This document shows, piece by piece, positions 1-12,806 of a stretch of 64,000 nt of DNA; position 1 is the first letter of the stretch, and every line of letters starts with the position of its first letter. The DNA is from an uncultured Acidobacteriota bacterium. Lineage in GTDB: Bacteria; Acidobacteriota; Thermoanaerobaculia; Multivoradales; JBCCEF01. The position numbers and the translations under genes were made by a program. The notes beneath the pieces are model-generated. The model worked only from the letters and a program-made list of their open reading frames with translations, did not search any database and had not been told where the DNA came from. The stretch spans positions 2,723,226 to 2,787,225 of the forward strand of contig CAVSQV010000003.1 of NCBI GenBank assembly GCA_963730155.1, in the 5' to 3' direction.

Positions 1-864
1 CACCGGGTCGAGGCCGCGCCGCGGCCGATCGGCGGGGTCTTCTCGACCGCCGACCCGTCGGCCGCCCGGGTCCTCGACCAGCCGCTCGAGAGCGTCTACA
101 TCGACACCGGCGAGAACGGCGTCTTCAGCCTCGAGGAGTTCGCCACCGTCAGCTCGGTGGGGCAGATGGAGTTCGTCACGCCGGAGGAGATCGCCGCCTA
201 CCTGGTGATGGAGATCGAGGGCCGCTCGACCGGCACCGACGTGGTCGGCGCGCTCGACGGCGCCATCCTCGGCCCGACCTACCGCGCCGCGGCGCTGCGC
301 CACGAGGCGATCGAGCGGATGATCGAGCTGGAGCGCGAGCACGGCGTGCGCTCGGTGGCGTTCGAGATGCTCGGCCCGCCGCGGATCTCGAAGCTCCTCT
401 ACGAGGCGCACCTCCTACGCGAGGCGTTCGCCACCCTGCGCGAGGTCGCCGCCGCCACCCCCGAGGCGGTGCGCGACCGGCTCGACGCCCTGGTCCGCGC
501 GCGCCCCGAGGTCGCCAACGAGGCGGCGGCGGTCGGCATCCCGGTGCTGCTCGACTCCGGCGAGCTGATCCGCGGCGTCAAGGTGATCGTCCCCCAGGAC
601 GCCGACCGCGTGGCGGTGACCCCGGAGAACCTCGAGCGCTGGGTGCGCGACGGCTGGGCCGACCTGCGCCTGGCCAACTGCCGCCTGTGGATCGACCGCG
701 CCCGCCGCATCCTGGCCGAGATCGAGGCGATCCCCCCGACCGAGACCTCCAGCCGCCACGTCCGCACCCGCCGCTACTGGCTCGACGGCGGCGCCATCCA
801 GCCGGGCAAGACGGTGGGCTGGATCCTGTCGGTCGAGGAGCGGGGGGAGCGGATCAAGCGGTAG
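1..864 (+). CDS. hypothetical protein, 5' end probably outside window
   Basis: Frame 1 is open from base 1 into the listed 157..864 ORF (HRVEAAPRPIGGVFSTADPS...VGQMEFVTPEE...), with a stop at 862-864. I recognise no motif. The start is either upstream of the window or the GTG at 157. Confidence 0.45.
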   Translation, partial: HRVEAAPRPIGGVFSTADPSAARVLDQPLESVYIDTGENGVFSLEEFATVSSVGQMEFVTPEEIAAYLVMEIEGRSTGTDVVGALDGAILGPTYRAAALRHEAIERMIELEREHGVRSVAFEMLGPPRISKLLYEAHLLREAFATLREVAAATPEAVRDRLDALVRARPEVANEAAAVGIPVLLDSGELIRGVKVIVPQDADRVAVTPENLERWVRDGWADLRLANCRLWIDRARRILAEIEAIPPTETSSRHVRTRRYWLDGGAIQPGKTVGWILSVEERGERIKR

Positions 865-870
865 GAGCCG

Positions 871-1488
871 TCACTCCCCAGCCCACGCCTTCCGCAGACC
901 CGAGTGATTGAGCCCGAGAGAGAAGGCCTCGGCGAGGGCGTCGCTGAGCACCTCGTTGGCGTTCTCGTGGCTGAACTTCTTGCCGTAGCGCGTGGCGTCG
1001 CCGCTGACCACCTCGGACCACTTCTCCTCGCCGCCACGGCGGAGCGCCAGCTCGAGGGTGACGCGCGCCTCGAAGGTGGCGCCGACCGCCTGGTTGGTCT
1101 CCTCGACCGCGAACTGGGTCAGGCGGACCGCCAGGACGGCGGCGGCCTCGTCCCCCTCGGCGGTCTTGAAGGTCCACTCCTGGGCCTGCCGGATCAGCGA
1201 CGCCTGCACGAACTCGGCGACGTCGCTGGTCGCGTGTAGCTCGGTCCGCTGGTCGTCGTCGTTGGTGCGGGTGCCGATCACCCCCTCGTCGACCGCGCGG
1301 TCGTCCTCGACCTCGATCGCGACCGCGACGTCGCGCATCGCCGAGGTCGGCACCGCCGAGGCCTCGGCGACCGAGGTGGTCGGGGTGTAGACGAGCGGGA
1401 TGTTGGGGTCGTTCTTCTTGGCCTCCGCCGCCGCGGGAGCGAGGAGAGCGAGGGCCAGGAGCGTGATCGAGAGCTTCGAGTGATGCAT
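871..1488 (-). CDS. exported protein of unknown function (signal peptide)
   Basis: The N-terminus MHHSKLSITLLALALLAPAAAEA looks like a signal peptide. ATG 1488 is preceded by GGAGGA 8 nt upstream on the minus strand. The composition is protein-like and not Arg/Pro-rich. Confidence 0.6.
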   Translation of the reverse strand: MHHSKLSITLLALALLAPAAAEAKKNDPNIPLVYTPTTSVAEASAVPTSAMRDVAVAIEVEDDRAVDEGVIGTRTNDDDQRTELHATSDVAEFVQASLIRQAQEWTFKTAEGDEAAAVLAVRLTQFAVEETNQAVGATFEARVTLELALRRGGEEKWSEVVSGDATRYGKKFSHENANEVLSDALAEAFSLGLNHSGLRKAWAGE

Positions 1489-1554
1489 ATCGGTTTCCTC
1501 CGATTCGGGGATCGAGGTGTGTGCAGAGTAGCAGAGGCCACCGTCGAGCCCTGA

Positions 1555-3021
1555 TCACCCGCCCGGCGCCTGCTCCTCCACCGGATCGGCGACCGCCGCC
1601 GACAGCTCCAGCCCGGGCTCGCGCAGCACCACCTGCCCAAGACGGGCGGCGTCGAGCGACAGCGCCAGCACCCGCATCGCCTCCTGGTCGGCGTGGAAGC
1701 CCATCGAGTTCTCGGCCTCGATGAAGTCGAGCAGGAACTGCGCCTTCCTCTGCTGGCCGCGGGCCGCCGCGAGGTCGGCGTCGGTGGCGCCGGCGGCGCT
1801 CGCGCTCTCGATCTCGCCGATCAGGGCGACCACCGCGTCCATCGCCAGGTTGCGCATCTCGAAGGTCTTCTGCTGGATCGTGCGGGCGCGCCCGAGCAGC
1901 TCCTCCTCCGAGGTGCGGTGGCAGGTCTGGCACGACTCGGAGACCATCAGGAGCGGGCTCCGCACCTGGTGGTCGCTGACCTTGAGGCCGCCGACCCGCC
2001 GGTAGGGCATGTGGCAGTCGGCGCACACCACGCCGGCCCGGGCGTGGGTGCCCTGGTTCCACATCTCGAACTCCGGGTGCTGGGCCTTGAGCGTGCGGGC
2101 GCCGCTCTGGGCGTGGGTCCAGTCGGCGAAGTCGATCTCCTGGTAGTAGCCGTAGATCTGGTCGGCGCGCAGGCCCTCGTCCCAGGGGAAGGTCAGGGTC
2201 TTGGTCTCGCCGGCGAAGTAGTACTCGACGTGGCACTGGCCGCAGACGTAGGCGCGCATCTCGAGGCGCGAGGCGTCGCGGTTGACCTCGAAGTCGGCGA
2301 TCCCCTCGGCGGCCTTGACCTTCGCGATCGCGGTCATGAACGCCGGCCGGGTCACTCGCAGCGCCATGGTTTCGGGGTCGTGGCAGTCGATGCACGCGAC
2401 CGGGTGCTCGACCAGCTCGGTCACCTCCGCGTAGCTCATCGCATTGACGGCGTGGAAGCCGCGCTCGAGGTCGCCGTCGCCCAGCTCGAGGTAGAGCGCG
2501 TAGGTCGAGGCGTGGCAGTGGACGCAGGCGCCGGGTTGCTTGACCACCTGCTGGCGGCCGGTCAGGCGCTGGTCGAGGAGCATGTAGGCGTGGCCGCGCT
2601 CTTCGTTGAAGTCGTGCGAGAAGGCGTAGCCGGCCCAGAAGGTGCGCAGCCGCGGGTCCTCCTCGAGCCGCGACTGGGCCACGATCGTCCGCGGATCGGC
2701 CTCGGTCGGCGTCCGCGGCACCGCCTCGCTGCCGCCGAAGCGGGTGCGCTGCTGGTCGACGGTGCGGCGATAGGCGTCGTACTGGAGCGGGAAGTTCTGA
2801 CCCCAGACCGCGGGGTCGACCGTCGTCTCCCCGATCTCGACGACGCGGAAGAACGACTGCCGGCCCTCCTGCTTCCGGGCGAAGATGTTGACCAGCAGCG
2901 CGGCGACCGCGACCGCGGCCAGGGCCGCCGCGGCGGCCGCGGCGAAGACCTTCCAACCGGCGCGATGACGCCGCGGCACGGGTTCGGTGGAAGTCGCCGG
3001 ATCTCGGGGGTCGTCGTTCAT
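1555..3021 (-). CDS. nrfA: cytochrome c nitrite reductase, pentaheme catalytic subunit NrfA (CXXCH active-site variant)
   Basis: Five heme c motifs occur in NrfA order: CVHCH, CIDCH, CGQCH, CADCH, CQTCH. There is an N-terminal TM/signal segment (WKVFAAAAAAALAAVAVAALLV). ATG 3021 is preceded by GGAGAA. The gene lies 50 nt downstream of nrfH. Confidence 0.9.
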   Translation of the reverse strand: MNDDPRDPATSTEPVPRRHRAGWKVFAAAAAAALAAVAVAALLVNIFARKQEGRQSFFRVVEIGETTVDPAVWGQNFPLQYDAYRRTVDQQRTRFGGSEAVPRTPTEADPRTIVAQSRLEEDPRLRTFWAGYAFSHDFNEERGHAYMLLDQRLTGRQQVVKQPGACVHCHASTYALYLELGDGDLERGFHAVNAMSYAEVTELVEHPVACIDCHDPETMALRVTRPAFMTAIAKVKAAEGIADFEVNRDASRLEMRAYVCGQCHVEYYFAGETKTLTFPWDEGLRADQIYGYYQEIDFADWTHAQSGARTLKAQHPEFEMWNQGTHARAGVVCADCHMPYRRVGGLKVSDHQVRSPLLMVSESCQTCHRTSEEELLGRARTIQQKTFEMRNLAMDAVVALIGEIESASAAGATDADLAAARGQQRKAQFLLDFIEAENSMGFHADQEAMRVLALSLDAARLGQVVLREPGLELSAAVADPVEEQAPGG

Positions 3022-3070
3022 GGCTTCTCCGGTTCCATCGCTCCTCGGGAGCATCGTGCTCGGCGCGTTC

Positions 3071-3538
3071 TCACCGGTCCGGGTGCCCGACCGCGCCGTG
3101 GCAGCGCACGCACGACGGCGGCTCGCCGGCACCGGCCTGCGCCATCGCGTGGATCAGCTCGTCGTGGCACTTCTCGCAGCTCACCCGCGCGATCCGCCGG
3201 TTGAGTTCGGTGGCGCGGATCGGCTCCGGGAAGCGGCCGGTGGTGAAGGCCAGCGAGTGATTCCAGCCGTTGAGCGCCTTGGTCGCGTACTTGCCGATCG
3301 GGTTGTGCGGCGTGTGGCAGTCGTTGCACGTCGCCACCGCCCGGTGGCTCCCCTTGAGCCACCCCTCGAACTGCGGCCTCATGACGTGGCAGTTGACGCA
3401 GACCGCGGGATCGTCGAGCAGGTAGGAGTAGCCGCGGGCGTAGACGAAGGTGTAGGCGCCGAGCCCCACCGCCGTGCCGAGGGCGAGCCCGAGGGCGAGG
3501 GCGGGGAGGGGGACGGAGCGGAGCAGGCGGCGGGGCAT
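3071..3538 (-). CDS. nrfH: cytochrome c nitrite reductase small subunit NrfH (NapC/NirT tetraheme quinol dehydrogenase)
   Basis: One N-terminal TM helix is followed by four heme motifs: CVNCH, CNDCH, CEKCH, CVRCH. I chose ATG 3538. An in-frame GTG at 3568, only 9 nt after the vapC stop, is an alternative start. Confidence 0.85.
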   Translation of the reverse strand: MPRRLLRSVPLPALALGLALGTAVGLGAYTFVYARGYSYLLDDPAVCVNCHVMRPQFEGWLKGSHRAVATCNDCHTPHNPIGKYATKALNGWNHSLAFTTGRFPEPIRATELNRRIARVSCEKCHDELIHAMAQAGAGEPPSCVRCHGAVGHPDR

Positions 3539-3577
3539 CGCGCAGCGATGATATCCGGCGCGCAGCACCCGCAGCAG

Positions 3578-3967
3578 TCAGATGCTCTGGACGCGGATCG
3601 GCGCCACGCGTGCCAGGAAGTCGAAGTCGCGATCGCTATGGAGGACAACGAGGTCGTTGCGCAGGGCACAGGCCGCGATCAGACAGTCGACCCCGGAGCG
3701 GATCGTCAGCGCCTGTCGCCGCGCCGCCCGATACAGCCCCGCGGCCTCCAGGTAGACGGCTTCGGTCATCGGCGATTCGACGATCGGCAGCGCGAGCATC
3801 GACTCCCTGGCCACCCGAAACGCCGGTTCGCTGTCGAACCCCTGGAGGACCTCTTGCACCACCGGCAGGCAGGTGACGACCTCGTCGAGGGGGATCACCG
3901 ACTCCAGATCGAAGGTCGACGACTTCCGGAAGACCTCGATCCAGACTGAGGTGTCAACGAGAAACAT
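3578..3967 (-). CDS. vapC: PIN-domain toxin VapC
   Basis: MFLVDTSVWIE... is a typical PIN N-terminus with the first acidic residue, followed by ...VLHSDRDFD... The gene overlaps the upstream antitoxin gene by 14 nt. Confidence 0.85.
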   Translation of the reverse strand: MFLVDTSVWIEVFRKSSTFDLESVIPLDEVVTCLPVVQEVLQGFDSEPAFRVARESMLALPIVESPMTEAVYLEAAGLYRAARRQALTIRSGVDCLIAACALRNDLVVLHSDRDFDFLARVAPIRVQSI

Positions 3968-4166
3968 CGGGCAGGTCGTCCCGCATCACCCCGAGATCGC
4001 CCTGCCAAAGGCCGCTGCCGCGCAGGTCGAGGATGCGCCGAGCCTTCACCCGGCGGACGAAGTCGTCGAGCGCCCGGCCGACTACGGCTGAGTAGGTCCG
4101 CTCGCCGCTCAGGCGCTGGGCCTCATCCAGCAGCTCTTCATCGAGCACAAGAGTGGTGCGCTTCAT
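3954..4166 (-). CDS. vapB: VapB-type antitoxin (ribbon-helix-helix, DUF2191-like)
   Basis: MKRTTLVLDEELLDEAQRLSGERTYSAVVGRALDDFVRR is a typical VapB/RHH N-terminus. The start is ATG 4166, and the gene overlaps vapC. Confidence 0.8.
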   Translation of the reverse strand: MKRTTLVLDEELLDEAQRLSGERTYSAVVGRALDDFVRRVKARRILDLRGSGLWQGDLGVMRDDLPDVSR

Positions 4167-4172
4167 GTGATC

Positions 4173-4201
4173 ATTATGCCGGCTCGCCAAAGCTCAGTCA
4201 A
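4173..4201 (-). promoter_or_regulatory. sigma70-like promoter for vapBC, probably giving a leaderless transcript
   Basis: The minus strand reads TTGACT-17 nt-CATAAT-GATCAC-ATG(vapB). This is a near-consensus AT-rich hexamer pair in otherwise GC-rich DNA. The -10 element ends 6 nt before the ATG. Confidence 0.5.
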
Positions 4202-4209
4202 TGCTCTCG

Positions 4210-4569
4210 CTAGTGCACAAGCCAGCCCTGGGCAATGCCCAGCAGAACGAGGCTAGCGAAGCCAAACCAGTAGCAGATCGGAATCAACGCGGCGGCCAAT
4301 GTCGCGCCAAGCGATCGTGCCCGAATCGCGTTAACAAGGATATAGCTGATCAGAATTATAAAGATCCAAGGACCGCCGAACAGTACGGCGTCGGGTGGTA
4401 TTTCCGCAGGACTCCGGGTTACAAGCGCCAACACGACGTGTACGGCCGCCATGAGAGCAATGATGCCGATTTGAAGGCCGGATCTGTGGCGTACTGTGAA
4501 TGCCACCGCCGCCACGATTAACGGGTACCCGACAATCAGCAGGTAGAAGACATGGGCTCCGGCTATCAC
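4210..4569 (-). CDS. small integral membrane protein (about 4 TM), unknown function
   Basis: The protein is 119 aa and almost entirely hydrophobic (VFYLLIVGYPLIVAAVAF, IGIIALMAAVHVVLALV, WIFIILISYILVNAI, ALIPICYWFGFASLVLLGIA). It starts at a GTG. The locus is visibly lower in GC than its flanks. Confidence 0.55.
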   Translation of the reverse strand: MIAGAHVFYLLIVGYPLIVAAVAFTVRHRSGLQIGIIALMAAVHVVLALVTRSPAEIPPDAVLFGGPWIFIILISYILVNAIRARSLGATLAAALIPICYWFGFASLVLLGIAQGWLVH

Positions 4570-4619
4570 CAGGTATTACCAGAGTCGCGTAGGCCTCTCG
4601 ACGAGCGGGCGAAATCGCC

Positions 4620-5024
4620 CTACCCGCCCGTCTTACCCGCCAGCCGCCGTTGCACCCTCGCCCGCTCGAAGGCGCGGTCGCGGGCTTCGATGTCCTCGTC
4701 GAGGACGGTCCGATCGAGGTACTGGTCGAGGACGCTCTCCGCGCGGTGGGGCTGGAGGGCGGCGAGCGGCATCGCCTGCTCGGTGATCAGGGTCAGCTTG
4801 TCGTCGACCACCTGGGCGAAGCCGCCGTCGACGTAGAGGGTGATCTTGCCGCCGTCGGGCTCGGTGACCCGCAGGGCGCCGATGCCGACCTCGGTCAGGA
4901 GCGGCGCGTGGGACGGCAGGATGCCGATCTCGCCGTCGTAGGCGGGGAAGACCGCCGAGCGGGCGACAGTGTCGAGGACCGCGCCCTCGGGGGTGACGAC
5001 GGTGACGCGCAGGGTGCCGGCCAC
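4620..5024 (-). CDS. atpC: F1 ATP synthase epsilon subunit
   Basis: VAGTLRVTVVTPEGAVLDTVARSAVFPAYDGEIGILPSHAPLLTEVGIGALRV is a classic epsilon N-terminal beta-sandwich. The GTG at 5024 lies immediately after the atpD stop. Confidence 0.9.
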   Translation of the reverse strand: MAGTLRVTVVTPEGAVLDTVARSAVFPAYDGEIGILPSHAPLLTEVGIGALRVTEPDGGKITLYVDGGFAQVVDDKLTLITEQAMPLAALQPHRAESVLDQYLDRTVLDEDIEARDRAFERARVQRRLAGKTGG

Positions 5025-5026
5025 TG

Positions 5027-6481
<1,455 letters not shown>

Positions 6482-6515
6482 CTATCGGTTCGGGCTCGCG
6501 CTCGTTTTCTGGTCG

Positions 6516-7412
6516 TCAGGCCAGGGCGTTGGCGCCGCCGACGATGTCGAGCAGCTCCATGGTGATCTGGGTCTGGCGCGCCCGGTTGTACTGCCGGGTC
6601 AGGGTGCCGATCGTCTCGTCGGCGGCCTCGGTGGCCGCCTTCATCGCGGTCATGCGCGCGATCTGCTCGGAGACCGCGGCGTCGAGGAAGGCCTGGTAGA
6701 GCCGCATGCGACCGGTCGCCGGCAGCAGCCGGTCGAGCAGCTCCTCGGGCGAGGGGAGGATCTCGTACTGCGGCACGATCCCTGTCGACGCGGGGCCGGT
6801 CGCCTGCACCTCGGCGCCGCCCGCGGCCTCGCGCGACAGCGGCAGCAGGCGGAAGACCTCGGGCCGCTGCCGGCCGGCGCTGTAGAAGCGCATGTAGGCG
6901 ATGTAGACCGACTCGTAGCGCCCCTCGAGGAAGCCCTCGGCGAGCTTGCGCGCCAGCGGCTCGATCTGGTCGTAGCGGGGCTTGTCGTCGATGCTCGTGG
7001 TCCCGGAGGCGATCGGCAGCTTGCGAAACCGGAACGCCGAGATCCCCTTCTTGCCCACCATGTGGACCTCGGTCGCCACCCCGGCGCGCTCCTGCGCGCC
7101 GAGGTGCTCGAAGCAGGCGCGCAGGACGTTGGCGTTGTAGCCGCCGCAGAGGCCGCGGTTGGAGGTGATCACGACCAGCGCCGAGCGCCCCTCGCCGCCG
7201 TGGCTCTCCATCAGCGGGTGGCGCAGCTCGCCGGTGACGCGGGTCAGGTCCCCGACCATCTCGGCGAGCTTGTCGACATAGGGCCGGCTGGCGGTGGCGC
7301 GGTTCATCGCCGCCTGGAAGCGGGCGGTGGCGATGAGCTGCATGGTGCGCGTGATCTTCTTGATGTTGCGCACCGCCTTGCGGCGCTTGACGATCGCTCT
7401 GCGGTTGGCCAT
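6516..7412 (-). CDS. atpG: F1 ATP synthase gamma subunit
   Basis: [32 protein letters not shown] ... [15 protein letters not shown] is the canonical gamma N- and C-terminus. Confidence 0.95.
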   Translation of the reverse strand: MANRRAIVKRRKAVRNIKKITRTMQLIATARFQAAMNRATASRPYVDKLAEMVGDLTRVTGELRHPLMESHGGEGRSALVVITSNRGLCGGYNANVLRACFEHLGAQERAGVATEVHMVGKKGISAFRFRKLPIASGTTSIDDKPRYDQIEPLARKLAEGFLEGRYESVYIAYMRFYSAGRQRPEVFRLLPLSREAAGGAEVQATGPASTGIVPQYEILPSPEELLDRLLPATGRMRLYQAFLDAAVSEQIARMTAMKAATEAADETIGTLTRQYNRARQTQITMELLDIVGGANALA

Positions 7413-7433
7413 GGCCGGTCTCGCTCCCCGGGG

Positions 7434-9203
<1,770 letters not shown>

Positions 9204-9207
<4 letters not shown>

Positions 9208-9800
9208 GTCCCGTACTCCACGTGTGTTCCGCTGAGGATCTCGCGCGTCGCGCGCGCGAGCAGCGCCGCCATGAGGGTGCGCAGGCTGGTCTCGATCGTG
9301 CCGTCCACCTTGCGGTCGCCGAACCGCACCACCAGGCCGCCCAGGAGGCTCGGCTCGACCGACTCGGTCAGGCGCGCCTCGCGGCCGGTCTTCGCCCTGA
9401 CCGCCGCGCGCAGGCGCTCGCGCTGGCCGCCGTCGAGCGGCACCGCCGAGGCGACCCGGACCTCGATCACCCCGCGTAGCGCGTCGTGCCGCGCGTCGTA
9501 GGCGGCGGCGATCTCAGGCAGCAGCCCGATCCTCCCCTTGCGGTTGATCACCCCGAGGGCGTCGACCAGGAGGTCGCTCGCCTTGCCGCGCAGGATCCGC
9601 TCCAGGCTCGCGGCGCGGCGGTCCTGATCGATCAGCGGATTGGCGAGGAAGGCCGCGAACGCGGGCGCGGTGCGGGCGAGGCGGGCCAGCCCGCCGAGCT
9701 CGGCGCGCAGGTCGTCGGCCTCGCCGCGGCGCTCGGCGAGGCCGAGCATCGCCTCGGCGTAGACCGCGGCGACCGCTGCTCTGTCGCTCGTTCCGGCCAT
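9204..9800 (-). CDS. atpH: F1 ATP synthase delta (OSCP) subunit
   Basis: Assignment rests on position between atpF and atpA, an ATGA overlap with the atpA start, and an OSCP-like C-terminus ([23 protein letters not shown]). Confidence 0.9.
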
Positions 9801-9807
9801 GGCGCGC

Positions 9808-10511
9808 CTACGAAGCCGGGCCCGGCGGCACCACGCCGCCGCCCGGCCGGCCCTCGAGACGATCCAGGGCGGCGATCGACTCCGCGACCAGGACCTCGTG
9901 GTCCTCGGCCCGGATCTCCCGCCGGAGCACCGCGGTGGCGGCCGTGGTGGCGAACCGGGCGGCGCGGGAGTAGAGCACCTGGAGCGCGGTCTCCGCGGCG
10001 ACCTCGATCTCGCGCCGGGCGCGGGCGATGATCTTGTCCGCCTCCTCCTTCGCCCGCGCCTCCTCGCGCTGGCGGAGGACGTCGGCGTCGCGCCGCGCCT
10101 CGTCCATGATCGCGTCGACCTCCTCGCGCGCCGCGGCCAGCTTGGCCTCGTACTCGCGCATCCGGGCCTCGGCGTCGTCGCGCTGCCGCTTGGCCTCGGC
10201 CAGGGCGTCGCGGATGAAGGTCTCGCGCGCCTGGAGGCCCTGGAGGATCGGCGTCCAGGCGAACTTGCCGAGCACCACGAGGACGAGCAGGAAGATCAGC
10301 ACCGTCCAGATCGCGTTGCCGACGTCGCCCGCGAAGAGACCCCCCTCGCCGCCGCCGTGCGCGGCGGCCTCGGCGCCGTGGGGCGCCTCGGCCGGCGGCG
10401 CCTCGGCGGCCGCGGCGGCCGCCGGCGACGCCACCGCCGCCAGCGCGGCCACCGCCACGAACGCCGCGAGGGCGATCAGGGCGAGGCGGGTCGGGTGGCT
10501 CGGCGTCCGCA

Positions 10512-10512
<1 letters not shown>
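9808..10512 (-). CDS. atpF: Fo ATP synthase b subunit (long N-terminal extension)
   Basis: The TM segment NAIWTVLIFLLVLVVLGKFAWTPI is followed by a long charged helix (EAKRQRDDAEARMREYEAKLAAAREE...). The ATG at 10512 overlaps the atpE stop (TGATG). Confidence 0.85.
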
Positions 10513-10895
<383 letters not shown>

Positions 10896-11825
10896 CTACG
10901 CGGCGTGCGTGCCGGCGTGCTCCCCGCCGTGGTGGAACACCACCGACTGGCCGATGAAGAGAGCGGTCAGGAAGGTGAAGATGTAGGCCTGCAGGAAGGC
11001 GACGAAGACCTCGAGCAGGGTGATCGCGATCGACCCGATGACCACCGGCACCGCCACGCCGAGGCCGCCCATCCAGCCCATCGCGGCGCCCGCGGAGAGG
11101 ATGAAGCCGATCAGCACCCCGAGCAGGACGTGCCCGGCGAGCATGTTGGCAAAGAGACGCACGGCGAGCGCGAACGCCTTGGCGAAGAGGCCGACGATCT
11201 CGAGCGGCACGAGCAACGGGAAGAGCCACCACGGCCCCGGATTAAAGTGCGCCAGGTATTGCATGCCGCCCAGGCGCAGGCCGTTGACCACCATCATCGA
11301 GAGCGTGATCACCGCCAGGGTGCCGGTGACCCAGATGTTGGCGGTGGCGGTGCCGCCGAGATGGGTGCCGAAAACGGTCGAGATCGGCGCGATCGGCAGG
11401 AGGCCGAGGAGGTTGATCGTGAGGACGAAGAAGAACGCCGTCCAGAGGAACTTGACGAAGCGGTCGGCGTGCTCGTGGAGCGCCGGCTCGGCGACCTCCT
11501 TGCGCAGGTACTCGCAGATCGCCTCGACGAAATTGGCCGGCCCCGCGGGGACCAGCCGGCCGACCTCGTCGCCGCCGCGCCGCCGGCGCACCAGGGGCGG
11601 CAGGAGCAGCATCAAGAGCAGGCCGCCGATCAGGAGCATCGCGATGTGGTCGCTCATGACGGTGACCACGCCCTTCGGAGTCAGGAAGCCGAGGTCGGCC
11701 TCGATGGTCCGGTGCGCGTGCTGGCGCACGTGGTCGACCGGATCGGCGGCGACGCCGGCGAGACCCGAGAGGCCGAGCCCGCCGGTCAGGCGCGATCCCA
11801 GGGCGTCGAGCAGGTCGAGCTTCAT
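10896..11825 (-). CDS. atpB: Fo ATP synthase a subunit
   Basis: The conserved LAVRLFANMLAGHVLL (essential Arg) and LQAYIFTFLTALFI motifs are present. The protein is 309 aa. Confidence 0.95.
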   Translation of the reverse strand: MKLDLLDALGSRLTGGLGLSGLAGVAADPVDHVRQHAHRTIEADLGFLTPKGVVTVMSDHIAMLLIGGLLLMLLLPPLVRRRRGGDEVGRLVPAGPANFVEAICEYLRKEVAEPALHEHADRFVKFLWTAFFFVLTINLLGLLPIAPISTVFGTHLGGTATANIWVTGTLAVITLSMMVVNGLRLGGMQYLAHFNPGPWWLFPLLVPLEIVGLFAKAFALAVRLFANMLAGHVLLGVLIGFILSAGAAMGWMGGLGVAVPVVIGSIAITLLEVFVAFLQAYIFTFLTALFIGQSVVFHHGGEHAGTHAA

Positions 11826-11880
11826 CGGTCGTCGGTCTCCACTCTCCCGGTCCCGGCAGCTCCGGTCCCGGTGGTTCCGG

Positions 11881-12318
11881 TCAAGGTCTCGGCCCGGCCG
11901 CGGTCTCGGTCTCGGTCCCTGCCGCCTTCGCCTCGGCCAGGGCGTAGCGCGTGTCGACGGCGAGGAGCGCGACGTAGCCGATCGCCGTCCACAGCAGCAG
12001 CGGTTTCAACGGCACCCGGCCGCTCAGCGCGACCAGGACCACCAGCGCCGCCACCGCCCCGAGCCGCAGGCCGGTGGCGCCCAGGGCGCTCACCGCCGCG
12101 GTCCGCGGGTCGTCGGGACGGCGGGCGATCACCAGCCCGCCGACCAGCGACGCCGCGAGCGCGATCCCGCAGCCCGCCGCCGCCGCGGCTCCGGCGCCCG
12201 GGCCGCCGGCGATCCAGAAGCCGATCGCCCCGACCGCCGCGGCGACCGCCGCCGCGACGGCGGCGAAGCCGAGGTAGCGGCCCTGTCTGGTGCCGCGGCC
12301 TGCCGTGCCGCCGCTCAC
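11881..12318 (-). CDS. atpI: ATP synthase protein I-like membrane protein
   Basis: This is a small polytopic membrane protein immediately upstream of atpB. It overlaps the atpZ-like stop by 4 nt. The assignment rests on position and hydrophobicity only. Confidence 0.6.
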   Translation of the reverse strand: MSGGTAGRGTRQGRYLGFAAVAAAVAAAVGAIGFWIAGGPGAGAAAAAGCGIALAASLVGGLVIARRPDDPRTAAVSALGATGLRLGAVAALVVLVALSGRVPLKPLLLWTAIGYVALLAVDTRYALAEAKAAGTETETAAGPRP

Positions 12319-12602
12319 CGGCCGCCGCCCTCGGGGCGCCCGCCGCCGTCAGCGCCGCCACCGTCCCGGCCGCCGGCGCCGTCCTTCCCCGCCGGCTTCG
12401 GCGGCGGTTTGACCGTCGCCTGGCGGATCAGGTTGTAGGTGCCGCCGATCAGCCCCAGCGCGGCGCCGGTCAAGAGCCCCCAGGGCTCGCTCCCGGAGTG
12501 ACGGTCGATCCAGTAACCCGCGAGGCTCAGCCCGGCGACCGCGGCGGCGAACTCTATGCCGACGCCGGCCAGGCGGAGGCTCGTGCGGTCGTCGTCGGCC
12601 AT
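12315..12602 (-). CDS. AtpZ/AtpI-family small membrane protein (first gene of the atp operon)
   Basis: MADDDRTSLRLAGVGIEFAAAVAGLSLAGYWIDRHSGSEPWGLLTGAALGLIGGTYNLIR is the typical two-TM AtpZ pattern. The start is ATG 12602. Confidence 0.65.
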   Translation of the reverse strand: MADDDRTSLRLAGVGIEFAAAVAGLSLAGYWIDRHSGSEPWGLLTGAALGLIGGTYNLIRQATVKPPPKPAGKDGAGGRDGGGADGGGRPEGGGR

Positions 12603-12806
12603 CTTCGGACAGGGCTCGCCTCCGCGATCGAAGGTGCCCTGACTTGTCGCTTCTTGGAGCGCCCCCGGGCCCGGCCCGCTCGGTCCGGCCCGCGAAAGCG
12701 GCCGGAAGCTACCACGCGCCCCGCGAAGGGTCAATGAACGGACGGCTCGCCGCCGCCCGCCCGGGCCGCGGCCGGCGGCGGAGGGAGTGTAGCGTGTCCG
12801 GAGCCG

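Noticed and set aside
4607-4620. A short hairpin (GGGCGA-AA-TCGCCC) overlapping the atpC stop, considered as the atp operon terminator.
   Set aside because: The stem is only 5-6 bp with a 2-4-nt loop, and no U-tract follows on the minus strand. This is not enough to call a terminator.
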